Positions 36,768-50,530 are shown, counted from the first letter of the whole stretch. The stretch: DNA of 63,709 nucleotides, filler included, from Reclinomonas americana ATCC 50394 (GCA_048213135.1; 16 parts of 16 records of this genome joined end to end with filler, not necessarily neighbours in it), one strand, 5' to 3'. Notes: generated by a model from the sequence alone, not told the origin. A program made the numbers and translations.

Positions 36768-39700
36768 ATGGGTCGAACATCATCGACACCTGCGCTGCTT
36801 GCTGGTGGTGGTGGATCGTCATCGTCTGCCACTGTTGCTGGTGGTGCTGCTGTTGCTGCTACTTCTTCTGCGTCGATGGCTGCTGGTGGCAGTGGGAATG
36901 TGGTGTCGTCGGTGGCTGCAGCCAGTGCGGTGTCGGTGGCGCGACGAGGGTCGTCGCCGTCGGTGGGCGATCGGGTGGCGAGGTGAGTGGGAGGGAGGAG
37001 GAAGGGGAGAAGGATGGAGGGAGTGGATCGTCTGTGGTCTGTGAGAGCAGTGGGAGCTGTGGTCTGTGAGAGCAGTGGGAGCTGTGGTCATGTGAGTTGT
37101 GAGAGGGAGACGGGAGCAGTGGATCTTCAGTGGTCTTGGAGAGCAGTGGCATGAGCGGAATAAGGGAGCTTGTGGTGTTCACTGGTCTTGTGGGTTGTGA
37201 GTGCCGGCAGAACAGTGGCGTGCGAGACGGGAGCAGTGGTCTTGTGAGTTGTTGTCGACTTGTGAGCTGGTGGCTTTGGAGACTAGTCGATCACTGCGAA
37301 TCGTGCGCTCCTCTCTCTCTTTCTCTTTTTCTTTTCATGTTCCAGAGAGCGGGGGTGAAGCGGTGAGGAGATCATGACATACCACCGACACAGATTGATC
37401 ACGCGATCATCAGTTGATGCAGAGAAAAGCGCAGCGAGCAGTGAGTGAGCTTGATCGCCTTGTGAGTCGTCACTCATGATTCTTGCGAGAGCTGGCATTT
37501 GACAGGCGATTGTGATCCCTTTTCCTCCTTCTCCTCCCTCTCACTCCTTCATCACATTGTGCAGTCGCGACTGGTCAGCCCCTCGACAAGTGGTCCAGCG
37601 CCCAGGCACCTCTGCTGGCAAGGTCCCTGCGCTACGCACACTTCTGCCCTTCCCTTCTCTTCCGCTCACTTGCATCGCCAGGCATCACTCGCCGTGAAAA
37701 CGATGCAACTTGTCGGCGCAGCGGAACCATCAGCTGCCGCTGCGTCGAACACGAGAAGTTGGGTGCCTGCCGACTATTGGTGCTGCACAGCCACTCCCTG
37801 ACCCGCTCTGTTGCAGTTGTCCGCCGGCCCACCAGCGCTCCACGAACACACTCGTCATCCGAAGCCGGCCACCGTGGCACCTGTTGCGTCGAAACACACT
37901 CTCCATTCTCTCCCTCCCTCATCATCTCACCCTTCCCGTGCCACACAGCACCCTCAAACGCCGGCATCACGGCAAGCGCCCTTACCGCCGCGGCACCCGG
38001 AGGCGCATCTGGCGCAGCCGGCGGAGGATCGTCGTCGGGCGGGCAGTCGTCTGGCCGCGCACCCACTCTCGTACTGTATCGCACACCGGAGGAGAAGTCC
38101 GCCAATCCCGAGCGACTCAACATAGATCGTCGAAATCTCACTGTTGCGTGAGGATGGAAGAAAGGATGTCCCTCTTTCCTTCTCGGGTGTGTGAATGAGC
38201 CTCTTTCTCTCTTCGTCGTGATCATCTCTCTCTTGCCACGCTACACAATCCCCATCCTTCACTTTCTCTCTCTATCTCATCCTTCCTTGTCGAGTCTACT
38301 TTTTTCCATACGTCTTCTCCCCCGGCCTTCGCTTTTCCCATTTTCTTCTTTCACCACTCTGCCCTCTATTTTCTCGGTTGTCTCGTTTCTCTCCTTCTCC
38401 TTGTCTCGTTCTCTTTCTCGTTCTCTCTCTCTCTCTCTCTCTTTCTCGTTCTCTCTTTCTCGTTCTCTCGTTCTCTTTCTCTCCTTCTCTCTCATCATCC
38501 CCTTATCTCGTTCTCTAACCCGCTTTCTTCCATATCCCTTTCTGTCTTCCCTTCCGGCCTGTGCCTTTGCCACTTCCTTCTTTCACCACTGTGCCCTCTA
38601 TTCTCTCCTTGTCTCGTTCTCTTTCTCTCCTTCGCCTTCTCTCATTCTCTCCGTCTCTCCTTCTCTCCTTCTTCTCTCTCTCCTTCTCTTTCCCCACCCT
38701 TCCCCTTCCCCTGTCCCCACCCCTTCTCCTTCCCCTTTCCTCAACCCCCCCGCAGAACTGCCCGGTTCTCCACGGCGAGGAGCGGCTGAAGCTGCTCAAC
38801 TACCAGAACAACCTCATCACGGAGATCAGCAACCTGTCGGGTCTGCCCAACCTGATCTTCCTCGACCTGTACAATAATCAAATTACAGTTTCGCACCGCC
38901 GAGTCCCTGTCTCCCTTTCCCTCAACCCCCTTTGCGTAACTTGTGGCAACATTGCAGCACATTCGCAACCTCGACTGCGTACCGACGCTGCGCGTGCTCA
39001 TGCTCGGCAAGAATCGCATCGAGACTATTGAGGGCTTGGAGTCGCTCACTCGCCTCGATGTGCTCGATCTGCACAGCAATCGGATTCGAGCAATTGGTAC
39101 GCGCCAGCTTGCTGCTTGTATGAGTGAGCTGGTGATCGAGTCTCATCACTCCGCGCGCCAACAGAGAATCTCGGGCACTTGCGCGAACTGCGCGTTCTCA
39201 ACTTGGCCGGCAACGAGATCACACACGTACGCAATCTGGATCAGCTCATGGCGCTGACGGAAGTGAATCTGCGGCGTAACAAAGTTTCGTTTCTCTTTCT
39301 TGGTCCTCCTAGTGATGGTGTCTGCGGCGCCTCACTCGCCCACCCGTAGATCAATCGCGTGGAGGGTCTCGGTCGTCTCGTGCAACTGCAGCGAGTATTC
39401 CTCTCCAACAATCTGCTGGCGACCTACTCGCAGTTCGAGTGCGTGTTTGATGTGCCGAGCTTAATGGGTGCGCTCAGTCTCGGCAGGGGTTGGAGGAGTC
39501 TCTTTCTTGTGCAGAGAGGCTTACTTTGAATGACAGAGCTGGCGCTGGACAGCAATCCAGTGGTGGAGCAACGGGCCTACCGACAGTACGTGCTGGAGAG
39601 ACTACCGCGCTTGCGCCACCTGGATCTCAAGCGTGTCACTGATGAGGTGAGGATAGTGTTGAAGGTCACCAAGTGCTGTCAAAATATCGGTGATTGAGTT

Positions 39701-40072
39701 CTTGTGCGCAGGAACGAGTTGCCCTGGATGCGGATGCGAGGCCGGTCGAGGTCAGCACACATCTCACGCACTCCTCGGTCTTTCCTTCACTTCCTTATTC
39801 TCCATGCAAGCTCTTTTCAAACTCTCCCCTTCTCTCACTCTCTCCACCTTCTTTGTGTTTTCCTCTTTTCTTCACCATGCAAGCTCTCCCTTCCAGATCT
39901 CTTCTTCCTTCTCCTCCTCCTCCTCGTTCTCATTATTCTCTCTATTCTCTGCCTCTGTACTGCTGGTGCCTTCTATTGCTCTTCCCCTCCTCCTCCTCCT
40001 TTTTCTTCATCTTCTTCTTCTTCTTCTTTTTCTTCTTCTTCTTCTCCTTCTCTCTCTCTTCTCCTTCTTCCT

Positions 40073-40103
<31 letters not shown>

Positions 40104-42263
40104 GTTCTCATTCTCTCTATTCCCTGCCTCTGTGATGTTGGTGCCTTACACTTGTATTCCCTCCTCCTCCTTCTCCTCCTCCTCCCCTTCTGCTCCTCTT
40201 CTCTCCCTCTTCTTTCTCATCCTTTTCGTCATCTTCTTCTCTCTCTCTCTCATGACCCCCCCACAGGCACCCTCCGTCGCTGCCATCCCAGTCGCCCTCG
40301 AGGAGATGGCGAGCGCCACTGCCAAGTCCACGCTCATGATTCAGCGTCCGCGGTCAGCCACGGCAAGCTCCCGTGAACCCAGTCCACAAGGAAGTCTAGC
40401 GGCTTTGTCTCAGCCAGCGCCACAGCCACCGCCTACACCACCACCTCCACTACCCGCATCGGCAGCACAGCCTGCTGCCGCCTCGCGCGCCTCAGCAGAT
40501 CCACGACCGTCGCCATCGCAGAGCGCTTTGTTCAGTGTCACGCGACAGCCGGTGACACCAGTGGTTGCCCAGGGCACCTCTGCTGGCAGTGGTGGTGGTA
40601 CGCAGGCCACTCGCCCTCCGCCAGTGAGTCCACCCACCGAAGGTATCTTATCTGCCTCCTGTTTCTTGCATCTCGTCGCATCATGATGTTTTGATGTGCA
40701 CCAACAGGAGAAGGCGAATCCGATGTCGTGTCGTCGCCATCGACAAAACCAAAGATGCCACGAGTCAACACGGCTCCCGTGTTGCAGACGCCTGCCACGT
40801 GTGGTCAGTGGTGTTCATATGTCGCGCCATACTTCGCCCCTCCTAAATTCTGTCACAGCAAATGCTGCCGACGACCGCATCATGCAGACCTCGTCGGTGG
40901 CGCAGGTCACCAGTGATTCACTCTTCATGTTGCGAAGCCCGCTTGTCGTTCTCGTGCGCATTTGAAAATGTTCCCTCACTGCACTCCAGTCAAGGAAACG
41001 CCGCCGATTTCCCCGAGACGCCCAAGTACCTCAACTGCATCAGTGTGACGCTGTCACATGTGGACTCGCAGGCCATCCTCACGCACTTCCTGCCCAAGCT
41101 GCGCCGCATGAGCAAGCTGCGCTCCATCACCTTTGTGTACAACCACATCACGTCGTTTGTCTTTTTCGAGCGGTGCGTCGTGCGCCACTGGCCTGCCGCT
41201 CAGTCTTTCGTGTTGAGCTCACTTCCAGGGCCACACACAGAGTGGCTGCCGTATTGTGTGGTGCGGGTGTTATGGCACCTGTGGTCGCATCATCCGCGTC
41301 CAATTCTGCTGCAGCCACGACGGTCACGGCGGCCACTGGTAATGCCAGTGTACCGGCGTCGTCGGCCAGTTCGGGAGCTACAGCGGCGACTCCATCGTCC
41401 ACGACGGCATCTGTGACCTCGACAACGGGTGCAGCAGGCGCTTCCACCGGCGGCAGTGCATCAGGCTCCGGAACTCCAGTGTCTGCCGGCACACCGATTG
41501 GTGGAGGTGCCGCCGGTACAGCAGCCGGCACGCCCTCCTCCGCTGCTGCTGCTGCCGGAGCTAGTGGTGGCGCACTTGCCACCAGTGCCAGCACTGCAGC
41601 AGCAGCAGCACCAGCCACGTGCTTGTTGACGACAATCAACGTGGAAAAGAATCCAGTTTGCCTTATGCGTTCGCTCTTCAGACCACTGATGGTGCACCAC
41701 TTTGGCCCGACGCTGCTGTCGCTGAACGGATTGCCGGTCACGGAGGTGGACCAGAGGGCGGCACGAACCATGTTTGGTGAGGAGAGGGAGAGAGAGGGAG
41801 AGAGCATGCATGTTTGGTGTGTCGGTGGTCTGACATGTCTCGCGCACAGGCCGTGTGAAGAGAATCCCTCGAGCACGCAGCTCGTCGGGCCGTCAGCGCT
41901 TCGGAGGCGCCTCGAGCAAGTCGGCCACGGTGGCGAGATCATGTTGAGCTTGCGGGATGCTGCTGTTGTTTCTCTTGTTGCTGTTTTTTTCTCACGGAAA
42001 CTGCGCGTGCGCGTGCGTTTTAGACGTGGGCAATGTGGTGTCGCACGCCACCGCAGTGGAGAGCAAGATTGCAGTTCTCAATGCCGAGTGGCCGCATGCC
42101 ATTCGCCAGTTCATCAGGCAGGCGATTCTGGAGCACCGCGAGGGGCAGCCGTTGTTGCGGGAGATGCTAGAGGTGCGTTCGTGTGTGATTGCCCGGCGGT
42201 TTTGCCGAATCTGTTGCGGAGTGATTGTTTATTTCCTTCTGTTTGCTGCGCCAGACGCTGTGA
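36768..42263 (+). CDS. LRRC49: Leucine-rich repeat protein 49 (tubulin polyglutamylase complex subunit), multi-exon
   Basis: LYRTPEEKSANPERLNIDRRNLT|NCPVLHGEERLKLLNYQNNLI...LDLYNNQI...LRVLMLGKNRI...LDVLDLHSNRI...LDSNPV...YRQYVL...LRHLDLKRVTDEER. This matches the LRRC49 pattern as I recall it; the 5' exons are approximate. Confidence 0.8.
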
Positions 42264-42395
42264 CGATAAGGGATGAACTATGAAACCTATGTTTATATTA
42301 CTTTACATCGTGATGGTGTTTCTCTCTTTTTCTTGTTGCAATTGCACGCGCGCGCCATGAACGTGCGGTGCGAGTGGGTGGCGAATGATGCCGTA

Positions 42396-43605
42396 TTAGG
42401 GTGGTGGTGGTGGCGGCTGCAGTGGTGGCCGCGCCGCCAGTGATGATGGCAGTGTCGCCACGGCGTGTGGATTAGTCGTCAGCTGGTACGACGTGGGAAA
42501 GTGCGCGAGTGGCGCTGAAAAGTGCACAGGTGGGAGTGTTGGCGGCTGCGGCAATGCACCGCCGCCGCCGCCGCCGCCGCCCTGTAATGCGAACGGAGCC
42601 ATGTCCGCTCTGAATCCACCCGCGTATGCTGCGTGTGGCACTGCTGCTGAGGCTGCAAGGCAGAGACAGTCAGGCATCCATTCACGCGCGCGTCACATCA
42701 AACACGGGAATCTCACCATTCAGCAGCAGATTCATGTGTGGCAGAGCATGTGCATGCGCAAACGACGGCAGCATCTGCGGCTGCTGCTGCTGCTGCTGCT
42801 GCTGGTGATGGTGATGGAAGCTCACCAATTGATGCAGCATGTTGAGCTCAGCCATGCTCGTGCCATGACCAGCGGCAAACGCGCTCTTGTTGGCGGGAAG
42901 CTGCAGTGGTGGCAGAGGCGGCGGCAGAGCCTCCTCCAGAGTCCGTGTCGCACTTGTTGTCGTCGTTGTCGTTGTCGTTGACGAATGCACCCAGTCCTCC
43001 TCCACCGAATCTCTTCGACTCAACTCCGGCACCGTCTGCATCCTTCGCGGTGCTGCTCTCCTCGTCAACTGCTCCTCATCCTGTCATGCAAACAAGCCAA
43101 CAAACCGCACCCCATATTTCAAAATCGGACAACAAGGCGCGCGCAAACAGGCGATTGGAAGGAAAGAGAGGACGCACATCGCCGCTGAGCGGTGACTCCG
43201 CAGGAGGCACATCGCCCTCCTCTGTCGGCGTCGAGGCATCGGCCTGAATCTTTCGGCGACGGTTCTCGAACCACGTCTAAGTGTGTTGCCCCGCGGGGTG
43301 AGTGGTAATGTGAACAGCATTGCGCGACCGAACAAGAATTCCGCACGAGACCTGAATTCTATTCACAGTCGTATGCAGGCGCTTAGCTAGGCGCGTTTTC
43401 GTGTTGCGGTCGGGATATCTTCGGTGTGTGTACTCGGCCTCGAGAATGTCGAGCTGGAGGAGTGAGCCCGACACAATGTACAAATTAGGCAACCATCGAC
43501 CGCGCGCCGGACTTGAGAGACAGACACACGCGCGTGTGTATGCATGTGTGTGCGTACCTCTGCTGTGCTGAAGCGACGGTATGAGCGGCGACGAGGCGTG
43601 GTCAT
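42396..43605 (-). CDS. Homeodomain transcription factor with His/Gln/Pro-rich C-terminus
   Basis: Spliced MTTPRRRSYRRFSTAE|LDILEAEYTHRRYPDRNTKTRLAKRLHTTVNRIQ|TWFENRRRK. Confidence 0.88.
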
Positions 43606-44236
43606 GCCATCGGGAGCCGTCTGCATTTGGAGAGTGAGTCATGATGACTGTGGTGGTGTGTGTGTGTCTCATGCAGCGCAACGTAAATTGTCCATTGAAA
43701 GCTGTCTCCCATGAGCAAGTCGTGCACTGCGGTGTGTGTGAGAGACAGTGCATGCACGCGAGGAGAGAGAGAGCGAGACACGCACATAACAAAAAAAGCT
43801 GCACTGGTCGCTGGGGCGCGCTCTCTCACTATCTGTTGCTCGCCCGCCCGCCCGCCTGCGCACACACGCACACCCCACTCTCTCTCGTTCACTGAAGAAC
43901 TCCGCTTGGTGTGCTCTCTCCACACAGTCAAAACAGTGATTTTCTCTATTTTGTATAGAACTCCGGATGATGCAAGATCCACGGCCACCAAAACCACCGG
44001 AAAGAATCTGTGCCCGTATTCCGACTGGACGTCACTGTGGCAGAAAAAATTGTGTTGCGTGAGCAGCGGGTGGCGTGCTCGTGGCCCCGACCTTCGTCGA
44101 GACGCATGGCAACTGGTATTCATGTGTTTCTGGACTGCTGTTTGCAAGCGGCCACTCTGTGGCTGCCAAGATAAGCAAGTGACGAACGGGGATACACAAA
44201 GTGTTTTTACAGGTCGATGAGCGTGAATGTTGCGCA

Positions 44237-44268
<32 letters not shown>

Positions 44269-44595
44269 CACGTGTACGCAACATCAATGCGATGACACGA
44301 GGGAGGACGCTCGCGCTGCTCCACAGTCTGCGAATGGAGAGCGTTCGTGTGTGAAGGGAGAGAGAGCGGGAGCGGGAGTGGGGGAAGGAGAGTCCGGCTG
44401 TCTAGATCTTGTTTACCTCCGTCGATCAGCGTGAAGTTTCCACTAGTGAACGACCAGTCACCAATAAGACGGGGCATCTTTCATTTGCCNNNNNNNNNNN
44501 NNNNNNNNNNNNNNNNNNNNNNNNNNNNNNNNNTTAATTAATTAANNNNNNNNNNNNNNNNNNNNNNNNNNNNNNNNNNNNNNNNNNNNAGCAAA

Positions 44596-45327
44596 GTGTT
44601 GGTGTCAGAACACATTGAGAAAACCAACAAAGCCATGGCCAGGCAACATGCAAGCAAGTCCGGGAAGGAACTGAGATGCACTTGAGAGGTTGTTGTCGCT
44701 GATGATGGTGTTGCTCACGGGAGTTGTCACTGCCGCCTGTTGATTCTGGCAACGGCACCGGTACCGCAATGCGCCGACCAGATGTAATGGTCGTGGCGCG
44801 CAGCGCAGCTGCAGAGTTTCGACAGCAAGCGATCCGTGTCGTCACTGCTTCGACGCTCCTGAGGTGAACGGCCATGCACCAGTTCGGCCACGTTGTCACC
44901 AGTCCGTTTCGGGACGATGCCACCGGAGCCAAACACCAGTGTGTAGAAGACAACGCGCTTGTGCGTGTGTTGCTCGAGTAAAGCGCTTTGGCGTGGACCC
45001 CATGGCCAGTGCAGCTTGGACTGACGAACCACGAGACGAATTCAGTGTTTACCAACAACAATTAGCAGCTGTCTTTGCTCGAGCTCGTCAGTCAACGTTG
45101 CTGTATGGATCACAACAACAAATTCATTCACAAACAAGCAAGAGCTGTCTTGATGACCAAGTTCAACCGTATCCAAAACATCAACACAGACACCAATCTT
45201 GAGGCGGCAGCAGGTTCCTTGTGTGTGTGTGTGTTCGCAACCACTCGGCTGCTTTCTGTTCCCTCCCGGATTCACGTGCACGTTGCCTGGCTTTGTTGGG
45301 TTTTCCTATATGTTCTTACACCAACAC
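44596..45327. repeat. About 70-bp imperfect inverted repeat pair (44596-44671 / 45258-45327); MITE/foldback candidate
   Basis: gtgttggtgtcagaacacattgagaaaaccaacaaagcc...aggcaacatgca...tccgggaaggaac is the near reverse complement of gttccctcccgga...tgcacgttgcctggctttgttgggttttcctatatgttcttacaccaacac. Confidence 0.7.
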
Positions 45328-45679
45328 CTCTTGCCATCTTTCTGCATTCCTTTTTGGAATTCGGCGTCATTAGCCATGCTTGTCATGAGCCGTGGTTTCT
45401 CTTGCAGAAACGCCAGCATTAGCCATCTCGACTTTTTCTCGTTTTTTTCCGTGATGTCTGAGTTTCTGGTGCTCACTCAAGATGGTCATCATGCAGCTGT
45501 GTTGCTGTCTGTATTCACATATCAGGACCACCGTCCTCACAAACGCAGCGCCGAATCAGTCATACACCGCAGCGATGCAGCACCACCGCGGCGTCCTCGA
45601 CAATGAAGCAGCGCAACACAGTCTCGACCAAAAAACACCGTCGACTCGCCTCGCCATCCACCTCCCGTGCCTCCGCCCT

Positions 45680-46320
45680 CTGCATATGCGCGGTGGCTGT
45701 GGCTCCCGACGGTGAGCTGGTGGTCAGTGGCGATAATGTGGGTGAGATGAGGGTGTGGTCGACGCCGTGTGGTCTCGCGCGCTTGGAGCTTGTCGGTGCG
45801 CGTCATGCAATGCACGTCGTGCAGGAGCGAAGTGACCCGCCAAGCACTGCATCAGCGCGCCACTCTCCAGCGACCACACCACAGCATCAGCACGCCCGCT
45901 CACCACGTGCCGACCGTCGGGACTGTCATCACACTATCGTCGCCTTCCAACTCTTGCACCACATCACCACTCGCCGTCGACCACACCCGCACCGCGCCCT
46001 TCACACCTCCACTCACCACTCACCAACGACCACACAATCACCACCCCGAGGCCGCCACCGCCACACACAATTCACGCCGCAGCATGCCTGCGCAACACTC
46101 GCACCTCTTCTCCACTCGCCAGCGCCCACACTCGCACAGTCTTATCCCACGCACCAGTGACCACGTGCAGCCCATCGCGCATGACTCCCATTGTCGCACA
46201 GTGTGGTCCTCACTGGCACTGACTATGAAGCGGCCATTGGGTGTGACAGCGACAAGAGTGCATGCAGTCAGTGTGCCTCATCCACCACAAGTCGCCAGTG
46301 ACCACACACAAGCACGGTTT
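45680..46320. pseudogene. Degenerate WD40-repeat fragments in both orientations
   Basis: Plus strand: ICAVAVAPDGELVVSG...MRVWS. Minus strand: frameshifted VVWSLESG..LAGH and gtgtggtcactggc pieces resembling the 25270 repeats. Confidence 0.6.
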
Positions 46321-46929
46321 TATCGCTGCTGCTGATGAGGTGGGTGTCATCGAGGGTGAAAGGAAGGCACTGACGAGACAGGAAGGGAGAGAAGAGCAGG
46401 ACACTTTGAAGGACTTTCGCATTTCACGTCACAATGAGCACGCCAACACCCTCGTCTCTGCGCGCAATCACGCACTCTGCTGGTGCCGCAGCTGCCGGGC
46501 ACTCGTCAGGAGAGGTGAAGAGCGCGCGTGGACTCACAGTGTCTCTCTGGTTGTCTTCTTTTTGAGACTGCTCACTCTCGCACACTTTGGTTGTCTTCTT
46601 CTTCTCCTTCTTGTTCTCCTTGTTCTTCTTCATCTCCTCTAACACACGCACTTAGTCAGTTCACTCACTCTATCTCTCTCCTTCACTCATTCTCTCTCAC
46701 ACACAGACACACGCACACTCACTCACTCACTCACTCACACACATATGCTCCATCACTCACTCACTCACTCGCGCGCACACTCACTCACACACACCCACAC
46801 CCACACACANNNNNNNNNNNNNNNNNNNNNNNNNNNNNNNNNNNNNNNNNNNNTTAATTAATTAANNNNNNNNNNNNNNNNNNNNNNNNNNNNNNNNNNN
46901 NNNNNNNNNCTTCTTCGTTCTTCTTCTCC

Positions 46930-46971
<42 letters not shown>

Positions 46972-46996
46972 TCTCCCTCTCTCTCCTCTCTCTCAG

Positions 46997-49734
46997 TTGG
47001 ACGACTCCAGCACACCCGCTCCTCCACCTCCCACCTCCAATGTCGTGAACCAGCTGGCCGCGCTTGTGCGCAAACGCATTCACAACATGGACTACCTGCG
47101 TCGAGTGCACACGGGATCAGTGTTTTGGATGAACTCGGTGGTGCGCGAGGAGAGAGGCATAGGGAGAGAGAGGGAAAGGGGAAGAGAGGAGGGAGAGACA
47201 AAGGGAGAGTGAGAGTGAGAGAGAGAGGGAGAGGGAGAGGGAGAGGGAGAGAGAGAGAGGAGGAGAGAGAGGAGGAGAGAGAGAGAGAGCGGGAGAGACA
47301 GGAGACGGGAAGGTGAGATCGGGAATCAGACTCACTCACTCACTCACTCTCACGCACACGCACACACGCACACACACTGGGAGAGAACAGAGATCAAGGC
47401 ACACTCGGAAGAGGGAGGCAGGCGAGCAGATGGAGATAAGAGTGTGTGAGAGAGTACGAGATTGAAGAGAGGGAGAGAAAGGGAACACACGTACTGTCAC
47501 ACACTCAAGAGTGATCAAGACATGTGGGGGGGAGGGAGATAAATGGAAGGAGAGAGCAGAGAGACAGACAAAGCGAGAGAGATGAGCGCTTCAGTGGGGG
47601 AGTGTGCGAGAGAGAAAGAGCTACGGGAAGCTGACACACGAACACACACGAACACACACGCGCATACACAGAGAGACAAAGAGAGATCAAGCCACGCAGA
47701 GGAGAGTATGAAGGGAAGGAATAACGGAGAAGGAGAATACACACACACGCACTCTCACACTCACACACACGCACGCACAGGGAGAGAAAGAGAGATCAAG
47801 GCAGAGTACGAAGGAAAGGAACAACAGAGAAAGAGAATGATACAAAGAGAAAAAAGATCAAGGCACACTGAGAAAGAACGACGTGAAGTAGGGAAGGGTG
47901 AGAGAATGACATCACACTCCCACACACGCGCACGCACGCATGTGCACGTTCACTTTGAGAGACAGGGACAGAGCAGGGGGAGAGGATAAAAGTGATTGAC
48001 TTGATTCACGCTCACACCCTTTCCCCCTTGCAGCTCATCACCCACGACGATCTGCGCGCGTTTTGCCGCAAAAACGTCAACCTGATGGAGAAACGGTGTG
48101 TGATTCATTCCCTTGCAACCCATTCTCTCTTCCCTTCCTCACTGATCCTCCCCCGCCCAGCACCGAACACTGGTTCTTCTTGGGCATCAGCATGGCCCCG
48201 CTGTTGGCCATCGACAGCAGTCATGAGTTTGTGCGTGGATTGGCGCAGCTGCTGGAGGAGTACGAGTATTACTTTTCGAACGCGGCCGTGCAGGGAATGG
48301 TTTGTCATCCCTATCCTGTATCTCTCTCGTCCTCTGTCTGCTTCTCACCCGTGCGTGTCGCGCACTGTAGAAACGATTCATGGCGTGGACATCGTCGGGT
48401 CACGTGGGTCCGGAGGAGATCAGGCCCACGATCCACAAGACCATGGGATCGGTGGTGTACGAGTTTCTCCGCACGCCCAACATTGTTGCGTTGTCGGTTG
48501 TTGTTCCTCGGCGATGCAAGACGCTCATAATGTGTGCGGGACAGCCAATCGAGCTCGATTTCTTGCAAGTGGTGGTGCCGCTGTGCGAGCTGCTCACCAG
48601 CGTGTATCAGCGCTTCATGGAGGAGCGGAATCCGTCGGCGACGCTGTTTGAGAATGTGTTGAGGCTCGACGCGAGGTTGAAGGTGGGTGGGATGGGAAAA
48701 GGGGGAAAGGGGAAGGTAGAAGAGAGAGGATAAGGAGGAGGAGAAGGAGGGGGAGGATGAGAGAGGACAGGGAGAGAGAAGCAAAAGGACGAGTTAGGGA
48801 GGATAAGAAAGAAGTCGACAGAAGGCTTGCAGGAGATTAAATAAGGGGCGAGATGAGATGAGATGGGAGAAGGAGGAGAGAGGGAGACGATCTGCGAGAA
48901 GAGAATAACGGAGAGCGAAGTTCGAGGAAGTGTTAGAGAGAAAATGACTGAGCGGAGCTGTCCTACCCAGCCTCTCTCTCTCATTTCTCTTCTCTTCTCC
49001 CCTCTCAGCTCTATTCCTTTCCTGCGATGGAAGAAGAGAGAAAGAGGTGGGAATGAGGAGGGCGAGGGGAGAGTGGAAAGGGAACAGACAAGAGAGACGG
49101 CTGCGAGTCTCACTTATTCCTATCCTTTCCCTTCCCTTGTCCTATCCCTCGTCCCTTCTGTCGACTCCTTAGGTTCGAAAGGATAGGAGGACAGAGATAG
49201 AAGGATCATATCGAATCCCCTCATGCCTATCCTTTCCTCTTCCCTCTTCCCATCTCTCTTTTCTCTTCTCTCTGCTCCTTAGCTCTGCGAGGGGAGAGAA
49301 GAGAACATAAATGGGAAATGTGGGGAGAGATGGGGCCGAGTCTCACACCGAATCCCCTTCATTCCCTTCCCTTCCCTCCCATCGCAGCATCACTTTTTCG
49401 GCGCGCTGAGTCGCGACATCAACACCATCGCGCTGGCCAAGCTGCGGCAACAGCTGCAGTCGGTGGACTCGCTATTTGACTTTTGCGATCGCTTCGAGGC
49501 ACCCGTGTCGCTGACGGTGGAGGCGGCGCCGTACAGTTGCGTGCATGTCGTGTTGCCAGTTTTCTGTCTTGTTCTAACGCGACTGCAGGCGAACAAGTGG
49601 GCGAGTTGGTCTCGGACGACGACGACGATGAGGAGACCGACAGCTACATGGATGGAGACGGCGACGAGGTTGACGGCGTCGCACCCGCACAATCATCAAT
49701 CACGGCAGCAGCTGCAGCGGCGGCGGCGGAGTGA
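46997..49734 (+). CDS. Conserved-looking uncharacterised protein, multi-exon (5' partial)
   Basis: Clean spliced ORF: LVRKRIHNMDYLRRVHTGSVFWMNSV|LITHDDL...WFFLGISMAPLL...LLEEYEYYF...YEFLRTPNI|PIELDFLQVV...LDARLK|HHFF..., with an acidic tail. Confidence 0.75.
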
Positions 49735-50282
49735 AATCTCGAATTGCTGAATGGAAGGGGTCCGCAGGTAGATGCATGAGCTCCCTCGTCACCTTTAGGA
49801 TCATCATGAGATCCTGTTGCACGTGCGGTGTGCTTGCGATGGACCTGCATTCTTCTCTGCAGTGTTCGACGGATGCGACGGATTCTGTTGCCGTGACGAG
49901 GAGCTTCTGCTTTGTCGCCGTTGGCAGCCAGTCGCGAGCAGATTGACAGACTTGTCTCTGCGTGCACTTCGTGAAGGTGCACGCGGAGAGCAGGTAGGGA
50001 GGCGGCCTCATGTGCAAATGTGGCGTTGATTAGAGGAGCTAGCACTCCACGTGCATATCGCAACACTTGCAGTTGCATTTCGCGAACGTGGAGCATATGC
50101 GGATAGCTGGAGCAGAAGCGAAAGTGCAGCAAGCAGGAACTGAGGCACTCAGGTGGCATGTAGCGCACTGAGAGACATGACTGGTTTGCGTTTGGATCCT
50201 GAGGTGAAACTCGTCGCTGCAAGAATCGAGGCACTGCGCAGATCGATGCAGGTGGCAGGAAGAGACGAACATCAAGAGGTGT

Positions 50283-50530
50283 TTGTGTTTTGGTTCTGGT
50301 TGCTGTTTGCTGGTCCAGGTGCAACTCGTTGCTGCAGAAAAGAAGACTAGTGCTTGTTTGGATGTCTGGGAATGGTTGCTGTTGGCCTGCAGACAGGATC
50401 CGGAAGACTGGTGCTTTTTTGTTGATGCTTCGGACCCAGTTGCTGTTTGCTGGTCTGCAGGTGAACGCATTGCATCTGGTGCTTCTGTTGAGTTTGGTAC
50501 TGGTTGCTGTTTGCTGTCCGGCACGCAAGT
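50283..50530. repeat. Short imperfect direct repeats (ggttgctgtttgctggtc) upstream of the P4-ATPase
   Basis: Four copies at about 50297, 50373, 50439 and 50502. Confidence 0.55.
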
